Origin: Haliotis rubra
Taxonomy: Eukaryota
Direction: 5' to 3'
Length of the DNA stretch: 64,000 bases
Assembly (NCBI RefSeq): GCF_003918875.1
Contig: NW_025767213.1
Span: forward strand, 124,001-188,000
Shown here: piece by piece, positions 25,218 through 39,274 of the stretch
Position numbering within the stretch: the first letter of the stretch is position 1
How the letters are laid out: each line of letters starts with the position of its first letter
Notes under the pieces: model-generated
What the model was told of the DNA's origin: nothing
The model's database searches: none
What the model saw: the letters and a program-made list of their open reading frames with translations, nothing else
Translations under genes and position numbers: made by a program

Positions 25218-28200
25218 GTTGAACACTGTTGACACTTTATTGTAATATGATGTTCGTGTAAGGCCCTCCATATGGTCGGACACTGTTGACACTTTATTGT
25301 AATATGATGTTCGTGTAAGGCCTTCCATATGGTTCGGACACTGTTGACACTTTATTGTAATATGATGTTCGTGTAAGGCCTTCCATATGGTCGGACACTG
25401 TTGACACTTTATTGTAATATGATGTTCGTGTAAGGCCTTCCATATGGTTGAACACTGTCGACACTTTATTGTATGATGTTCGTGTAAGGCCCTCCATATG
25501 GTCGGACACTGTTGACACTTTATTGTAATATGATGTTCGTGTAAGGCCCTCCATATGGTCGGACACTGTTGACACTTTATTGTAATATGATGTTCGTGTA
25601 AGGCCCTCCATATGGTCGGACACTGCCGACACTTTATTGTAATATGATGTTCGTGTAAGGCTATCCATATGGTTGAACACTGTTGACACTTTATTGTAAT
25701 ATGATGTTCGTGTAAGGCTATCCATATGGTTGGACACTGCCGACACTTTATTGTATGATGTACGTGTAAGGCCTTCAACGTGTCGGACACTGTTGACACT
25801 GTATTGTATGATGTACGTGTAAGGCCTTCAACGTGTCGAACACTGTTGACACTGTATTCTATGATGTTCATGTAAGGCCTTCCATATGGTCGGACACTGA
25901 TGACACTTTATTGTAATATGATGTTCGTGTAAGGCCTTCCATATGGTCGGACACTGTTGACACTTTATTGTAATATGATGTTCGTGTAAGGCCTTCCACA
26001 TGGTCGGACACTGTTGACACTTTATTGTAATATGATGTTCGTGTAAGGCCTTCCACATGGTCGGACACTGTTGACACTTTATTGTAATATGATGTTCGTG
26101 TAAGGCCTTCCATATGGTTCAACACTGTTGACACTTTATTGTAATATGATGTTCATGTAAGGCCTTCCATATGGTCGGACACTGTTGACACTTTATTGTA
26201 ATATGATGTTCGTGTAAGGCCTTCCATATGGTTGAACACTGTTGACACTTTATTGTAATATGATGTTCGTGTAAGGCCTTCCATATGGTTGAACACTGTT
26301 GACACTTTATTGTAATATGATGTTCGTGTAAGGCCTTCCACATGGTTAAACACTGTTGACACTTTATTGTAATATGATGTTCGTGTAAGGCCTTCCATAT
26401 GGTTGAACACTGTTGACACTTTATTGTAATATGATGTTCGTGTAAGGCCTTCCATATGGTTGAACACTGTTGACACTTTATTGTAATATGATGTTCGTGT
26501 AAGGCCTTCCATATGGTTGAACACTGTTGACACTGTATTGTATGATGTACGTGTGAGGCCTTCCACATGGTCGAACACTGTTGACACTTTATTGTAATAT
26601 GATGTTCGTGTAAGGCCTTCCACATGGCAGAACACTGTTGACACTTTATTGTAATATGATGTTCGTGTAAGGCCTTCCACATGGTTGAACACTGTTGACA
26701 CTTTATTGTAATATGATGTTCGTGTAAGGCCTTCCACATGGTTGAATACTGTTGACACTTTATTGTAATATGATGTTCGTGTAAGGCCTTCCACGTGGTC
26801 GGACACTGTTGACACTTTATTGTAATATGATGTTCGTGTAAGGCCTTCCACATGGTTGAACACTGTTGACACTTTATTGTAATATGATGTTCGTGTAAGG
26901 CCTTCCACATGGTTGAACACTGTTGACACTTTATTGTAATATGATGTTCGTGTAAGGCCTTCAACATGGTTGAACACTGTTAACACTTTATTGTAATATG
27001 ATGTTCGTGTAAGGCCTTCCACATGGCAGAACACTGTTGACACTGTATTGTATGATGTACGTGTGAGGCCTTCCACATGGCAGAACACTGTTGACACTGT
27101 ATTGTAATATGATGTTCGTGTAAGGCTATCCATATGGTTGGACACTGCCGACACTTTATTGTATGATGTACGTGTAAGGCCTTCAACGTGTCGGACACTG
27201 TTGACACTGTATTCTATGATGTTCATGTAAGGCCTTCCATATGGTCGAACACTGATGACACTTTATTGTAATATGATGTTCGTGTAAGGCCTTCCATATG
27301 GTCGGTCACTGTTGACACTTTATTTTAATATGATGTTCGTGTAAGGCCTTCCACATGGTCGGACACTGTTGACACTTTATTGTAATATGATGTTCGTGTA
27401 AGGCCTTCCACATGGTCGGACACTGTTGACACTTTATTGTAATATGATGTTCGTAAGTAAGGCCTATGATGTTTATGGTTCCAACACTGTTGACACTTTA
27501 TTGTAATATGATGTTCATGTAAGGCCTTCCATATGGTCGGACACTGTTGACACTTTATTGTAATATGATGTTCATGTAAGGCCTTCCATATGGTTGAACA
27601 CTGTTGACACTTTATTGTAATATGATGTTCGTGTAAGGCCTTCCATATGGTTGAACACTGTTGACACTTTATTGTAATATGATGTTCGTGTAAGGCCTTC
27701 CATATGGTTAAACACTGTTGACACTTTATTGTAATATGATGTTCATGTAAGGCCTTCCATATGGTCGGACACTGTTGACACTTTATTGTAATAAGATGTT
27801 CGTGTAAGGCCTTCCACATGGTTGAACACTGTTGACACTTTATTGTAATATGATGTTCGTGTAAGGCCTTCCACATGGTTGAACACTGTTGACACTTTAT
27901 TGTAATATGATGTTCGTGTAAGGCCTTCCACATGGTTGAACACTGTTGACACTTTATTGTAATATGATGTTCGTGTAAGGCCTTCCACATGGGAACACTG
28001 TTGACACTTCCACATGGTATTGTAATATGAAGGCCTTCCACATGGTTGAACACTGTTGACACTTTATTGTAATATGATGTTCGTGTAAGGCCTTCCACAT
28101 GGTTGAACACTGTTGACACTTTATTGTAATATGATGTTCGTGTAAGGCCTTCCACATGGTTGAACACTGTTGACACTTTATTGTAATATGATGTTCGTGT

Positions 28201-29241
28201 AAGGCCTTACAGGCACTTGACACTTTATTGTAATATGACAGGCCTTCCACATGGTTGAACACTGTTGACACTTTATTGTAATATGATGTTCGTGTAAGGC
28301 CTTCCACATGGTTGAACACTGTTGACACTTTATTGTAATATGATGTTCGTGTAAGGCCTTCCACATGGTTGAACACTGTTGACACTTTATTGTAATATGA
28401 TGTTCGTGTAAGGCCTTCCACATGGTCGGACACTGTTGACACTTTATTGTAATATGATGTTCCCGTAAGGCCTTCCACATGGCAGAACACTGTTGACACT
28501 GTATTGTATGATGTACGTGTGAGGCCTTCCACATGGTCGGACACTGTTGACACTTTATTGTAATATGATGTACGTGTAAGGCCTTCAACGTGTCGGACAC
28601 TGTTGACACTGTATTGTATGTCGTACGTGTGAGACCTTCCACATGGTCGGACACTGTTGACACTGTATTGTATGATGTACGTGTAAGGCCTTCAACGTGT
28701 CCAACACTGCTGACACTGTATTGTATGATGTACGTGTTAGGCCTTCCACATGGTCGGTCACTGGTGACACTGTATTGTATGATGTACGTGTAAGGCCTTC
28801 AACTTGTCGAACACTGTTGACACTGTATTGTATGATGTACGTGTAAGGCCTTCCACATGGTTGAACACTGTTGACACTGTATTGTATGATGTACGTGTGA
28901 GGCCTTCAACATGGTCGGACACTGTTGACACTGTATTGTGTGATGTACGTGTAAGGCCTTCCACATGGTCGGATACTGTTGACACTGTATTGTATGATGT
29001 ACGTGTGAGGCCTTCTACATGGTCCAACACTGTTGACACTGTATTGAGTGATTCACGAGTGAGGCTCTCAAATGGACCAACACTGTTGACATTGTATTGT
29101 GCAATGCACATATAAGGCCTTTGACTTGGACCAACACTGCAGACATTGTATTGAGAGACATACAGCCTTTAACACTTACCAACACCATTGACAATTTATT
29201 GAGAGATATACGGCCTTTGACACCTACCAACACTGTTGACA
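25218..29241. repeat. 57/54-bp minisatellite array, about 4 kb
   Basis: Unit aacactgttgacactttattgtaatatgatgttcgtgtaaggccttccacatggttg. Confidence 0.97.
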
Positions 29242-29559
29242 ACAAAAACCAACAGCCACTGTGTATATGTGTTTGCGTTAATTAAGTCGGCATTCTCCTC
29301 TGACAAAATCTAACCTGCACCTCAGCCACGTTGAGCAATTTGAAACCTTATCTTGGGAAATTGGAGGGAAATGTTATCGCTCTTACTGTGACAAATGTTG
29401 ATTGCTACTGGCTGAATAAACACGTCTCTTTACACCGCGGGGAAGTCTCCAGTGAAATCGAACCCCGTCAATGATTGATTTTTATTTCAGTGCCCTTTGT
29501 TGGGTAGACTGGTAAAACGGTCGTTTGTCGACTTACCTGTAAGCCTGATTGTGTGACTG

Positions 29560-30060
29560 TGCATTGTGAAACCTGCACATACGTTACAACTGGACAGGTA
29601 GAAGGCACTTGGTCGGATACAGGTAATTCCGCCTGGTCAAGTGCAGGACGTTACTCCTCAGCCTGGGGAAATATATAGCATCGGACCTCGTTAGGTGGTC
29701 GACATCATACCTGAACATTTGGTGATGTCTTGTACATCATACCTGGTCATGTAATTGACAACACACCTGAACATCACGACCCTCGAGTACAGGGCACTAC
29801 ACCTGGTCACACTCAGGATATCGGATGAAATACCGGACATCAACCCAATAGTGTATCAACATAAAACCTGGTCAGGTGCAGGGCACCACACCTGGAAATG
29901 AGAATGGACATCTAACCTGAACATGTGATCGTCATCTGGTCAGCTGCAGAACATCACACCTGGTTCAGCTGTAGAACATCACACCTGGTCAACTGTAGAA
30001 CATGACACCTGGTCAGCTATAGAACGTCACACCTTGTCACCTGTATGAAACACATATGGA
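29560..30060. repeat. Degenerate tandem repeat of about 21-23 bp (acatcacacctggtca core)
   Basis: Recurring acctgg/acctga cores. Confidence 0.7.
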
Positions 30061-30559
30061 CATTACGGTATGTGTAAGATCGCTAATGGCTCCTCCATGT
30101 CGACAAGAAATGTCTAATTAATCCGACTAGTCTACTCTTAAATTCTGACACTAAATGCTGTAAATTTACATCTCGTCTAAAAATAGTTTGAAGATCTGCA
30201 TAAACAATTCTTTCGGACTATTTGGAATTATTATTGTCTATAGCAGCTGTACGAGGATCCCAGTCATCATGTTTTACATCGGGTAGTTCGGGTTGGCTTT
30301 AGTTCTGGAATCTAAAGAGTGTGATATCATATATAACGTCTACCTACGAGGACTGTTGTCCTGTCATTGTACAGCTGTTTGCTTGTCTAACGAGAGTCTT
30401 CAGATATCACAATCACTCGACAAAGAGTGGACATGCCAACGACGTTGTCGTAAATCACCCAGAACATTGAAGCGTTATGAATGGACTCCGTCGTTTAGTC
30501 GGGTACGGCAGTAGGGTCTTTCGCCATTCTCTCTGTGCCCAGCATCACCGTGTGAGGCA

Positions 30560-30950
30560 AGTAGATAGGTGGGAAGATCGGTAGGTAGATACATAGGCAG
30601 GTAGGAGAGTAGGCAGGTAGATATATAGGCAGGTAGAGAGATGTGCAGGTAGATAGATAGACAGGTAGGAGGATAAACAGGTAGGAGAGTAGGCAGGTAG
30701 ATAGACAGGTAGGTAGGTAGAGATATAGACAGGTAGACTAGTAGGCAGGAGGGCACATGTGAGCGAGGAGGCAGTCAAACAGGTAAGATGCAGACAGACA
30801 GACAAACAGGTATACACGTAGGCGATAAGACAGACATATAGACATGTTGAAAGGGAGAAATGTAGGCAGGTAGACGGGAAGGCAGACAGACAGGCAAACA
30901 GGTAGACACGAAGGCAAACAGGTAGATACGTCGATAGGTAGATATCTATG
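30560..30950. repeat. Degenerate tetranucleotide tract (AGGT/AGAT/AGAC)n
   Basis: Purine-rich low-complexity sequence. Confidence 0.9.
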
Positions 30951-31614
30951 GCTAGTTCTATGAGTAAGATCATGGTTAGTGTTTGGATTCCACGGACTTC
31001 ACGTGTGATACACAGTCGTGAATGCATTTGTAACCACGTGATGTATGGTATATGATGTGCATATGGTTTGAGTAGATTGATGGCCACCTAATCACATCTG
31101 GCATGTGCATGCCTATGAGATGTATGTAAGTTAATCAGTATATTACGTGCATATTAATGAGCTTGTGAAGTGTATATGTGTGTAAATGCTCGATGTGTGC
31201 GTTGTGAGTATATGTATGTTGACATATACTCTGTAGCACCATGTAGTGGATAGATCATCTGTGCAGATGTGCTTAATTGTCATATCAAAATTAGGTTTTG
31301 TACACACAAATACTCATAACCAAAAGTTTGGGGCTTCAGCAAACTCAAGTCGTATATGGCGACATTGGGGTCGGGTTCGCTTACACGGTTGATGCACGTC
31401 ATGGTATTCTCCTGGCTTAGTCGATACTTGTGTTGCCGATCACTGGATATTCAGGTACACACTCGATTACAGACCATTCCTCATATAGCTGAGATATTGC
31501 TGACGCCCCAAACAAACAAAGCTTGTAAATACTGTTTGTTGTGCTTCACAGTAACAATTTGTAACCTGCTGATAAACGTAAATCTGGCAATAAACCAAGA
31601 AGACATACATTTCT

Positions 31615-31781
31615 GACTGACTGACTGAGTATGGTTTTACGCCGCTTTTAGCAATATTCCAGCAACATCACGGCGGGGGACACCAGAAATGGGCTTCACA
31701 CATTGTACCCATGTGGGGATTCGAACCCGGGTCTTCGGCGCGACGAGCCAACGCTTTAACCACTAGGCTACCCCACCGCCC
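31615..31781 (-). mobile_element. Short tRNA-derived SINE (family A), representative full copy
   Basis: GGGGTAGCCTAGTGGTTAAAGCG...GGTTCGAATCCCCACATGGG...GCTGGAATATTGCTAAAAGCGGCGTAAAAC with a (tcag/tcac)n tail. Other copies near 1165-1292(-), 7410-7570(-), 15277-15427(-), 15770-15931(+), 18296-18460(+), 44926-45093(+), 51597-51737(+), 57500-57645(-), 62579-62676(+). Confidence 0.9.
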
Positions 31782-33362
31782 CTACATGTAGTTGTGAAGA
31801 CAGATTGAAGGAAAAATAGTAAAAATTAAATGAATGCATAGTGATGCAACAAACATCCATGTGGGAGTGTCTAATAAACTAAAGAAATTCCGAGAATATT
31901 GGGGAGGAGGAGTTCATTAATGTGTTCCATCACATGCTTAAATAGAGTTTTGCTTTCGGTTTTGCAAAACTGTTATGCTTGAATTCTTCAATATGCGTGG
32001 TAAAATTGTAAATATTCGTTGAAACAGCATTCAATTCTTCATCCCTAAAATATTTTCGTTAGTTTGATAATGTAAAGGGTGAATTAAAAACATATTATTT
32101 CGAAAGCCTTATAAATATTTGGCGCTTTATATCTATCGTATCATCGTATGCCATTAATCATAAACTCGGGTTTTTAACCTATTCTTAATTTCCCTGTCAT
32201 CCACCACCGAGGTAGCTTATTTTAACATGAACATGGAACACTTTTCACATATGCTAGTTCTCAGCAGCGTGTTCTTTAGATGCCTTTTTCTGATACGCCG
32301 CCACATCGTCCCACGGTAACAAGTCATGACGTCATGTCAGCTGACAGAGTTCATTAGTCACGCTGCACTATGGTATGAATCCTGAAAATTTTATCACGAC
32401 TTAATAGGCGGAAAGTAGGTTAACTATGACGTGTATCTGATCAGATCCCATAATCACTGCATCGTGTAAGCGGTATTTAGGCGTGGTAGCCACGATGTTT
32501 AGGTTAAAGGAATTACTACCACTATGTATGAATAATGGGTCGATCGGACACGTAAGTGTGAGAAGTCACAGTTAACCAGAGTAGCAGAGTCATGTTTGCT
32601 TGTAGAACCCAACACCTCTTGGGTTTTTTTTATTTCTCAATGTATGAAAAAATTCAAAACTTCGTAGAGAGTTTTCCAAATGGGAATCCTTCAATTATAT
32701 ATTATATATCTTTAATCAGGAAGTATTTAAATGTAATTACTGTCCTTCTTCTTCTTCTTTTTTTTCTTCTTCCTTGTGTTTTGTATTAGGGGAATTCATT
32801 GATTTCATTGAAGGTTGACTACGAACCGCCCGAAATATTCCTTTCTACTGTCTACTTTCCTACACTCTGTCACTGAATTCATTGGAGAATTTGAAGCTTG
32901 ATTCTGTCAAGAAACTGTCAACAATACAAAATAATGAAAATGCAGTCTCTGAAATCAGTTTCCTACTATTTAGACTTTTAGTAGTATTACATCAGAAATG
33001 AGACGAGAGAATATCTTCATTTTCTGAAACTGAAAAGAAACCTAGACTTGCCAAAGTTTGGAGACTTGCTACGAGTTTCCATTGCTTGTTTCAGGGTCTT
33101 CTTGAGAGACTATCAAATATAGTCGCAATCGCCTATAGTCATACCAGATATAATACCATTTTAATCATATATAATAATGTAATTATAGAAAAAGAGATGA
33201 TCCAAATATGACTCACGTTCATTGCATTAATTTATTTGGATTAAACATTCTTTCATTTCAGAATTCCATGGTGTTGAGGGGGATATAACTAAAGAGCTAC
33301 TGGTTTCACTTTTCACTGTCCTTCAGCTTTTCAATCCGTCAGTGGTGTCTTTGTGCTAGACA

Positions 33363-34395
33363 ATGGAGCAGGTGGCGCCAAAGAGGAAGCCGAACCCGAA
33401 ACGTCTTGAGAAGACTCTGTTCGTGAACCACAAGGCGGAACAGGCGCTGGAGAAGAGACTTGAGTCTATCTCACTCACCTCCAGACTCCGGATGATGGAG
33501 TTGGACAGAGAGAGGATCACCTTGAAGAACGAATACCGCCTCAGCAGGCGCCGTAACGTCTCCTGCTCAAAACCAAGGTCACGGTCACCGTCACCCTTTG
33601 TTGCCTCGAGACCGTCACGGCATCAGCCACTTGATCCTGTCAATGCGTATCTGCTGACGGAGTACCGCCGGGTGTCCGAAGTCATTCCCTCTATACTGAT
33701 GTCCCTGTCCGCTAAAGAAGAGCAGAAACAAGAGTTCGTTGCCATGACGACAACGGAACCGAACAGGACACAAGCGGGTGGTGTTGATGAGCCTGACATG
33801 TCAAAAATTCAAAAGTTGATACGGAACGTGAAGAAGATGCGTCAGGACATGAACGTGAGTAAAAGACTGGACAGCAACCGTTGTAAGGTTAATTTTAAAG
33901 ATTTGATGAAAAACATTGAAGAGAGGGAACAAAGAGGCAGCCCGTCGGACACCTACACTGACGGCGCGTGCTCATTGCTGAGACGGAAGATGAACAAGAT
34001 GAGACGCGAGGGGCAGGATATGGATAGAAGACAAGGTCAAAGGCCTCAAGGTCAACAAAGACAATCGACGGCATTTATAAATCCCACGGATGATAATGCT
34101 CAAAGAAAGAGACACTCCTGTAATTCTTCCTACGGTCAGCGACACACCCATGCAGTCCCAGGGGTTGGCCATGACCAGAAGTGTGACGACGCTGGGCATG
34201 CCGGGAAGACAGAAGACATCACTTCCGGCCTACTCGAAGAGTCAGTTGGCTGAGGAGGACGAGTTCATCACGAGGACCAAGGTATCAAGGGAGCTGGAGA
34301 ACTATGACAAGATCAGGGGGAGGATTGGCACGTTCATGGATACAATGAGTCAATCACGGCTACCTCCCCTTGAGCAAGATGAACTTACAGATTAA
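33363..34395 (+). CDS. Uncharacterised coiled-coil protein with CCDC190-like N-terminus; single coding exon, about 343 aa after correcting a +1 frameshift near 34080
   Basis: ORF 33363..34253 overlaps ORF 34090..34395. Deleting one A in the AAA run at 34079-34081 fuses them (STAFIIPRMIMLK). The N-terminal NHKAEQALEKRLESISLTSRLRMMELDRERITLKNE resembles the CCDC190 helix from recall only, not a search. Upstream acceptor tttcatttcag near 33261, ATTAAA at 34392. Confidence 0.65.
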
Positions 34396-34888
34396 ATAAG
34401 ATATTGTGTTATAAACAACACAATTCAAACCGGTTCGAAAATATCTCACAACCTTAAAACGACAAATGTCATCTCCACCAAACGATGGGAAAACTTTAAA
34501 GGGTTCTACACGTTGTGTGTGTAATAGTTAAACAATATGCAAAGGGACCAAGCAATGGTTTCAGGGGGCCAAGTTTTGTACTGAACGAGTTATATAACAT
34601 CAGCCAGTACATTGAGGTGACCTGGAGACAAACTGTTTCTTAAGAATAGCACATCTCTCCTTCGCCAGAAGATGATTCCTGTCATTAGATAGATCCTACA
34701 GTAAGGCAAGCTATTTCCAGGAGATATTTCAGGGGTAAACAGAACCTGTATTTTATCGCAGAGAAAGCTGGTAAAAATATACTGTCCTCAGTTTTACAAC
34801 GACGACAATATACGTGATGGACCTATATTTAGTGATCGCCCCTCATAACAAATGTTTGTTGGGGCTAGCTCCCAGTAGGGGTGCTTCT

Positions 34889-35236
34889 CACAGGGCCTCG
34901 TCTCTTTGCGAGGATTAAAGATTAACATATATTAAAAAAACTTCTTGAGATGACCCCCGACTCGAAATGCTTCACAGTACCATGTGGTTTATTGTACTGT
35001 GAAGCATTTAGAGTCGGGGGTCATCTCATTTTTTTATGTATAATTTTTAAAATCTTTAATCAAGAATGAGGACTATTTTTATGGATATACAACTTCTTTA
35101 TTCTATATAGGCGACGTTTCGACATAGATTCTAATGTCGTTGTCAAGCAAGATTCTAATGTCGTTGTCAAGCAAGTGTCCTTCTACAATGCCAATCAAAG
35201 AAATCTTTAATCCTCGCAGAGATACGAGGGCCTGTG
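34889..35236. mobile_element. Palindromic MITE containing a Penelope-like insert
   Basis: TIR CACAGGGCCTCGTCTCTTTGCGAGGATTAAAGATT, an inner 35-bp hairpin (34946-35028), and an 8-bp TSD gtgcttct/gtggttct. Confidence 0.8.
35062..35200 (-). mobile_element. Penelope-like retroelement terminal fragment
   Basis: Minus strand reads ttgacaac-gacat-loop-atgtc-gaaacgtcg...aataaa, a PLE terminal signature; 12-bp duplication aaatctttaatc at 35050 and 35201. Confidence 0.6.
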
Positions 35237-38200
35237 GTGGTTCTATGCATGCCTGGACATAGGTCTCAATGATTGTGTGGATATTTGTTGAACAATCACT
35301 GGAGATTAATGGAAGACTCCCTTTTCTAATATCACCGTAGTGCTAAGATCACGGTGACCGAACTGTTTTGTATTGTATATATCTACGTTATGTGCGTGTA
35401 ATTACACATTAATCAGTATTAAGCCTGAAGTTCTATCACGGGTAATCTGGAGTAGCTCTACACAAGGACACGTTATCTGGTGTCCTACTTACTGGCGACA
35501 GTAGAATCTAGGTATGAACAGCTGCAGAATCTTCTGTGTGTTCGTGGGTGAAAATATAACTAAAATAAACGCCAGATATCCTGTTTCACTGCACAGTAAG
35601 TGTTTCAGAGGATACAAACGTATATGATGTTAATATCTCTGTATCGGAACCAGTGACGTGTGTTTTTGTTCTGGAGGCTATTGAACTTATAACATGGAGC
35701 GTCGAAACAGAATCTCTGTAATTTTGTCAATGTTTTGTTCAAGCTGGTGAGCACACTTATGGGTCTTGTTGATATAAGATGACTCTGGAATTCACATCTG
35801 GATCTTGGAGGGATGCAATTCTGCACAATGCCTCTTTTGGTCTCACTATATCCTAATATAGATTTGTGCTCATGCTGCCAAACAAAGGAATGTCTGCTCC
35901 AAGCTCGAACTTCCATGTGCAGCCATTGTTTGAACCCTTAGTTTCACATTTACTCATGTACCAGGGAACACAGGTTAGATCGTCTGAGTGATATAACGCG
36001 CTGTGCATAGTTGCGTCCCTTTGGCTTCCTAGGATCCAGAAAAGTCATTTGATCATTTGTTTATCAGCCCCACATTGGATCATGGAAGTTGTAAATGTCA
36101 ACGTCCTATGTACAACTCTTCAGGTCTTCCTTCATCTGCCTAGCCGGCATACACCTGGAAAACTGTAAAAAGCCTCTAAATAATTCAATATGCTGCAATA
36201 TTAGAGACGGTCGTACAAATACACCAAAACATGTCTATATATTGCTTCATAAACATGACATGCATTTTGGTTTTGCTTTTTGTACGAATAGGAAGTGGCT
36301 ATACAGAAAGCACGTTATACAGGGAAAGAGTAGAGCATCAGGAGGGTGTTATCGTAAGCCCCATATCCCCACACTCTTCTGCTACCTAGCAGTGCCCTAG
36401 CAGCCTCTCTCAGTCAATGGGGACACCTCACCAAACCACCCTCGTGCCAGGCAATACTAGAGGAGCAATGCTTCATAAGCATTAAGATATCATAGTTTCA
36501 GGACGTTTACCTTCCTACAATCCAATTATAATTACCTTCTGTGCTTAACTAAGAAAGTGTAATCCCAATTATAACATATGTTAAATCCAATTATAGCTGT
36601 ATTGCTATGTTATCGACGTTTAGTTTGCGTCTGAGAGATATATAAGTCCCAAAGGGTAAAATGGTTTGTTACCTGTAACTGTAGATATGTTTTAGCTCTA
36701 TTTGCGCTCAGTGATACTATTGGCAAACAAGGAGTTGAATATTGAATCTGGTTGTAGTTAACTATTAAGTTGTCCACACAATCAACTATACGTGCCCCTT
36801 TGTTCCATACAGTACAGATACCTTATCGTAGGTTGGATTTAACAGTTTAAGAGTATGTAGCAAGTGCTTGCGATTAAAGACAAACACTAAACACGTTCAC
36901 AGTCTATTGATGATCACATGATGACTGAACACCCTCGTCTGTTTGATGTGTTTCTGTGTACTGTTTAACGCCACTCTCGGGAATATTTCTGGAACAGTGG
37001 AACCCCGCTTATCTGGACCCAAGATATCCGAAAACCTTACTAAACTGAAACAACGCGATATCAGAATATATTATTCCTGAAAATAATGGCTTCAGATATT
37101 TATTACATCACAGTTTCATGAAGCTGGTTATTATTAATATTTTATGAGTATTTAGAAGAGATAGTTTGAGAGAAAACGTGTGTTTTGAGAAGTTTACGAG
37201 GAAATACAAACGGTAATTATAACCTCAACTCATGAAGCAATACCTAGCAGAGCTGAAGGAAATACAGTTGTAGTAAATATTCATGCCCAGTGGTGTATAT
37301 CGCAAATATTATATTTAAATTGACCACGTTTGTTATCACCAACCCTTTCAAGTGAATTCGCCAAAGTGATACGTTGTATTTGGTAACGAAGAATCCCATG
37401 TCAGAATGCTTAAATAATCTTATGCATTCGATAACAAGAATTTGGGAAGGGAAGGTCACTGACAAGTGATTTAGATGTATGAAATCACTTTATTTGCACA
37501 ATATTGGAGAAAACGTTACTTGATAATGTTCTACTGTAAATGATGATGTCGTGTACATTCGAGTCTGGACTGGCTAAACCGGTGATTTATGTCATGCGCC
37601 ACGCCCTACGCAGTATGATATGATGTAATCAGCCCAATCACCGACCCTCTGGGAAAAAAACGTGGGAAAAACAATATACAGAGACTTCAAGTATTATAAG
37701 TGCAGTGCTGGAGATTTTACGTCACTTCCTTTAGTCTACACACTTGAAAAGATACAGTTTTAATTCCGACCCTCTCGGGGAACATTTGTATGCAGTAATT
37801 CGTATAATTGAAAAACCATATTGCGTCAATATAACCAAATGATACAAAAGAAACACACTGAAATTAGTTATATTGTACAGGTCCTGAATAATGTACAACT
37901 TCCGTGAGTGGTCCTCCACAACCAAGCCGTGGTCCTCCACAATCCAAGCCGTGTGTCTGACTGAGTTTGGTTTTAGCCAGTTCCAACAACATCTCCAGAA
38001 ATGGGCTTTATATCATGCTTTGACGAAACGCTTTAACCATTAGGGCACCGCCCGTGTGCGTAATCAGGTCGAGTCACCCGGTGTATATAATGTCTTACCA
38101 TAACTGATATATTATACGTTAATATTTACTAAATGCAATTGTAATTACAAGGCCAGCAACACATTTCTTCCTATTTTCATGTTTTTCATAATTTTGTTAT

Positions 38201-38849
38201 TGTTTTTCGTTTCGTTTCGTTTTGTTTGTTTGTTTTTAATTGATAATTAAATAAGCAGTTCTGAAGTTTTTGTTGTGGTCCAACTGGCTTGCATGTATTT
38301 ACACAAATGTACGCTAGTTTACATTATCTGCACTCCGGTTTTGCTTCTATGCCTCCATAAACCAAAAATATGATGAAGTCAGATCGAAGTACAGGCCATG
38401 GTATTAATATGAGACGTGACACGTTACCCAAATACAGCCAAACTCCCTTGTCTCGAACTCCTGGGAGCCAGTGAAATCGTTCGACTGCTCCCGGGTACGA
38501 TTCGATGTCAGTACGATGATCCAGATCTCAATGATTCCAGTACATTTGCATGCATTTCTGTTGTTCCGATCTCAGTTCACGCCAACTGGTTTATACTGAC
38601 ATGCTTCTACAGCTAAATACTGTAGTGGTATTAAATACCGTAGTTACAACAACAAATATTGATTCCAGTATGTATGTTGCATAAATCCACCGGCAGAAAG
38701 CGGTGACTGCATCATGCCATGGGGGAACAAATTCCTCATCCGCCATGAGCTTCTTCACGTATTCTAATGTCTGGCCCAATAATGGACACAAGAAACACTC
38801 CACTGAGGCAGTTTCAGGTACATAATAACTACTAAATTGTATGATTGAT

Positions 38850-39274
38850 TGTATGCATGTCTACAGAATCTGCCTCTTGAGTGTATGCATGTCTACAGAA
38901 TCTGCCTCTTGAGTGTATGCATGTCTACAGAATCTGCCTCTTGAGTGTATGCATGTCTACAGAATCTGCCTCTTGAGTGTATGCATGTCTACAGAATCTG
39001 CTTCTCATGTCTACAGATCTGTGAGTGTATGCATGTCTACAGAATCTGCCTCTTACAGAGTGTATGCATGCATGTGCCTCTTGAAGTGTATGCATGTCTA
39101 CAGAAACTGCTGCCTCTGCATGTCTACAGAATGCATGTCTACAGAAACTGCTTCTTGAGAATACAGAGAATCTGCCTCTTGAGTGTATGCATGTCTACAG
39201 AATCTGCCTCTTGAGTGTATGCATGTCTACAGAATCTGCCTCTTGAGTGTATGCATGTCTACAGAATCTGCCTC
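38850..39274. repeat. 32-bp minisatellite
   Basis: Unit tgtatgcatgtctacagaatctgcctcttgag. Confidence 0.95.

Noticed and set aside
25140-29245. Zinc-finger-like CQQC...HEHH ORFs, or a CRISPR-like array
   Set aside because: Translation of a 57-bp satellite. Cys-His spacing is wrong for C2H2, there are no unique spacers, and the context is eukaryotic.
30475-31087. Leu/Ser/Tyr-rich ORFs resembling membrane proteins
   Set aside because: Low-complexity tetranucleotide tract.
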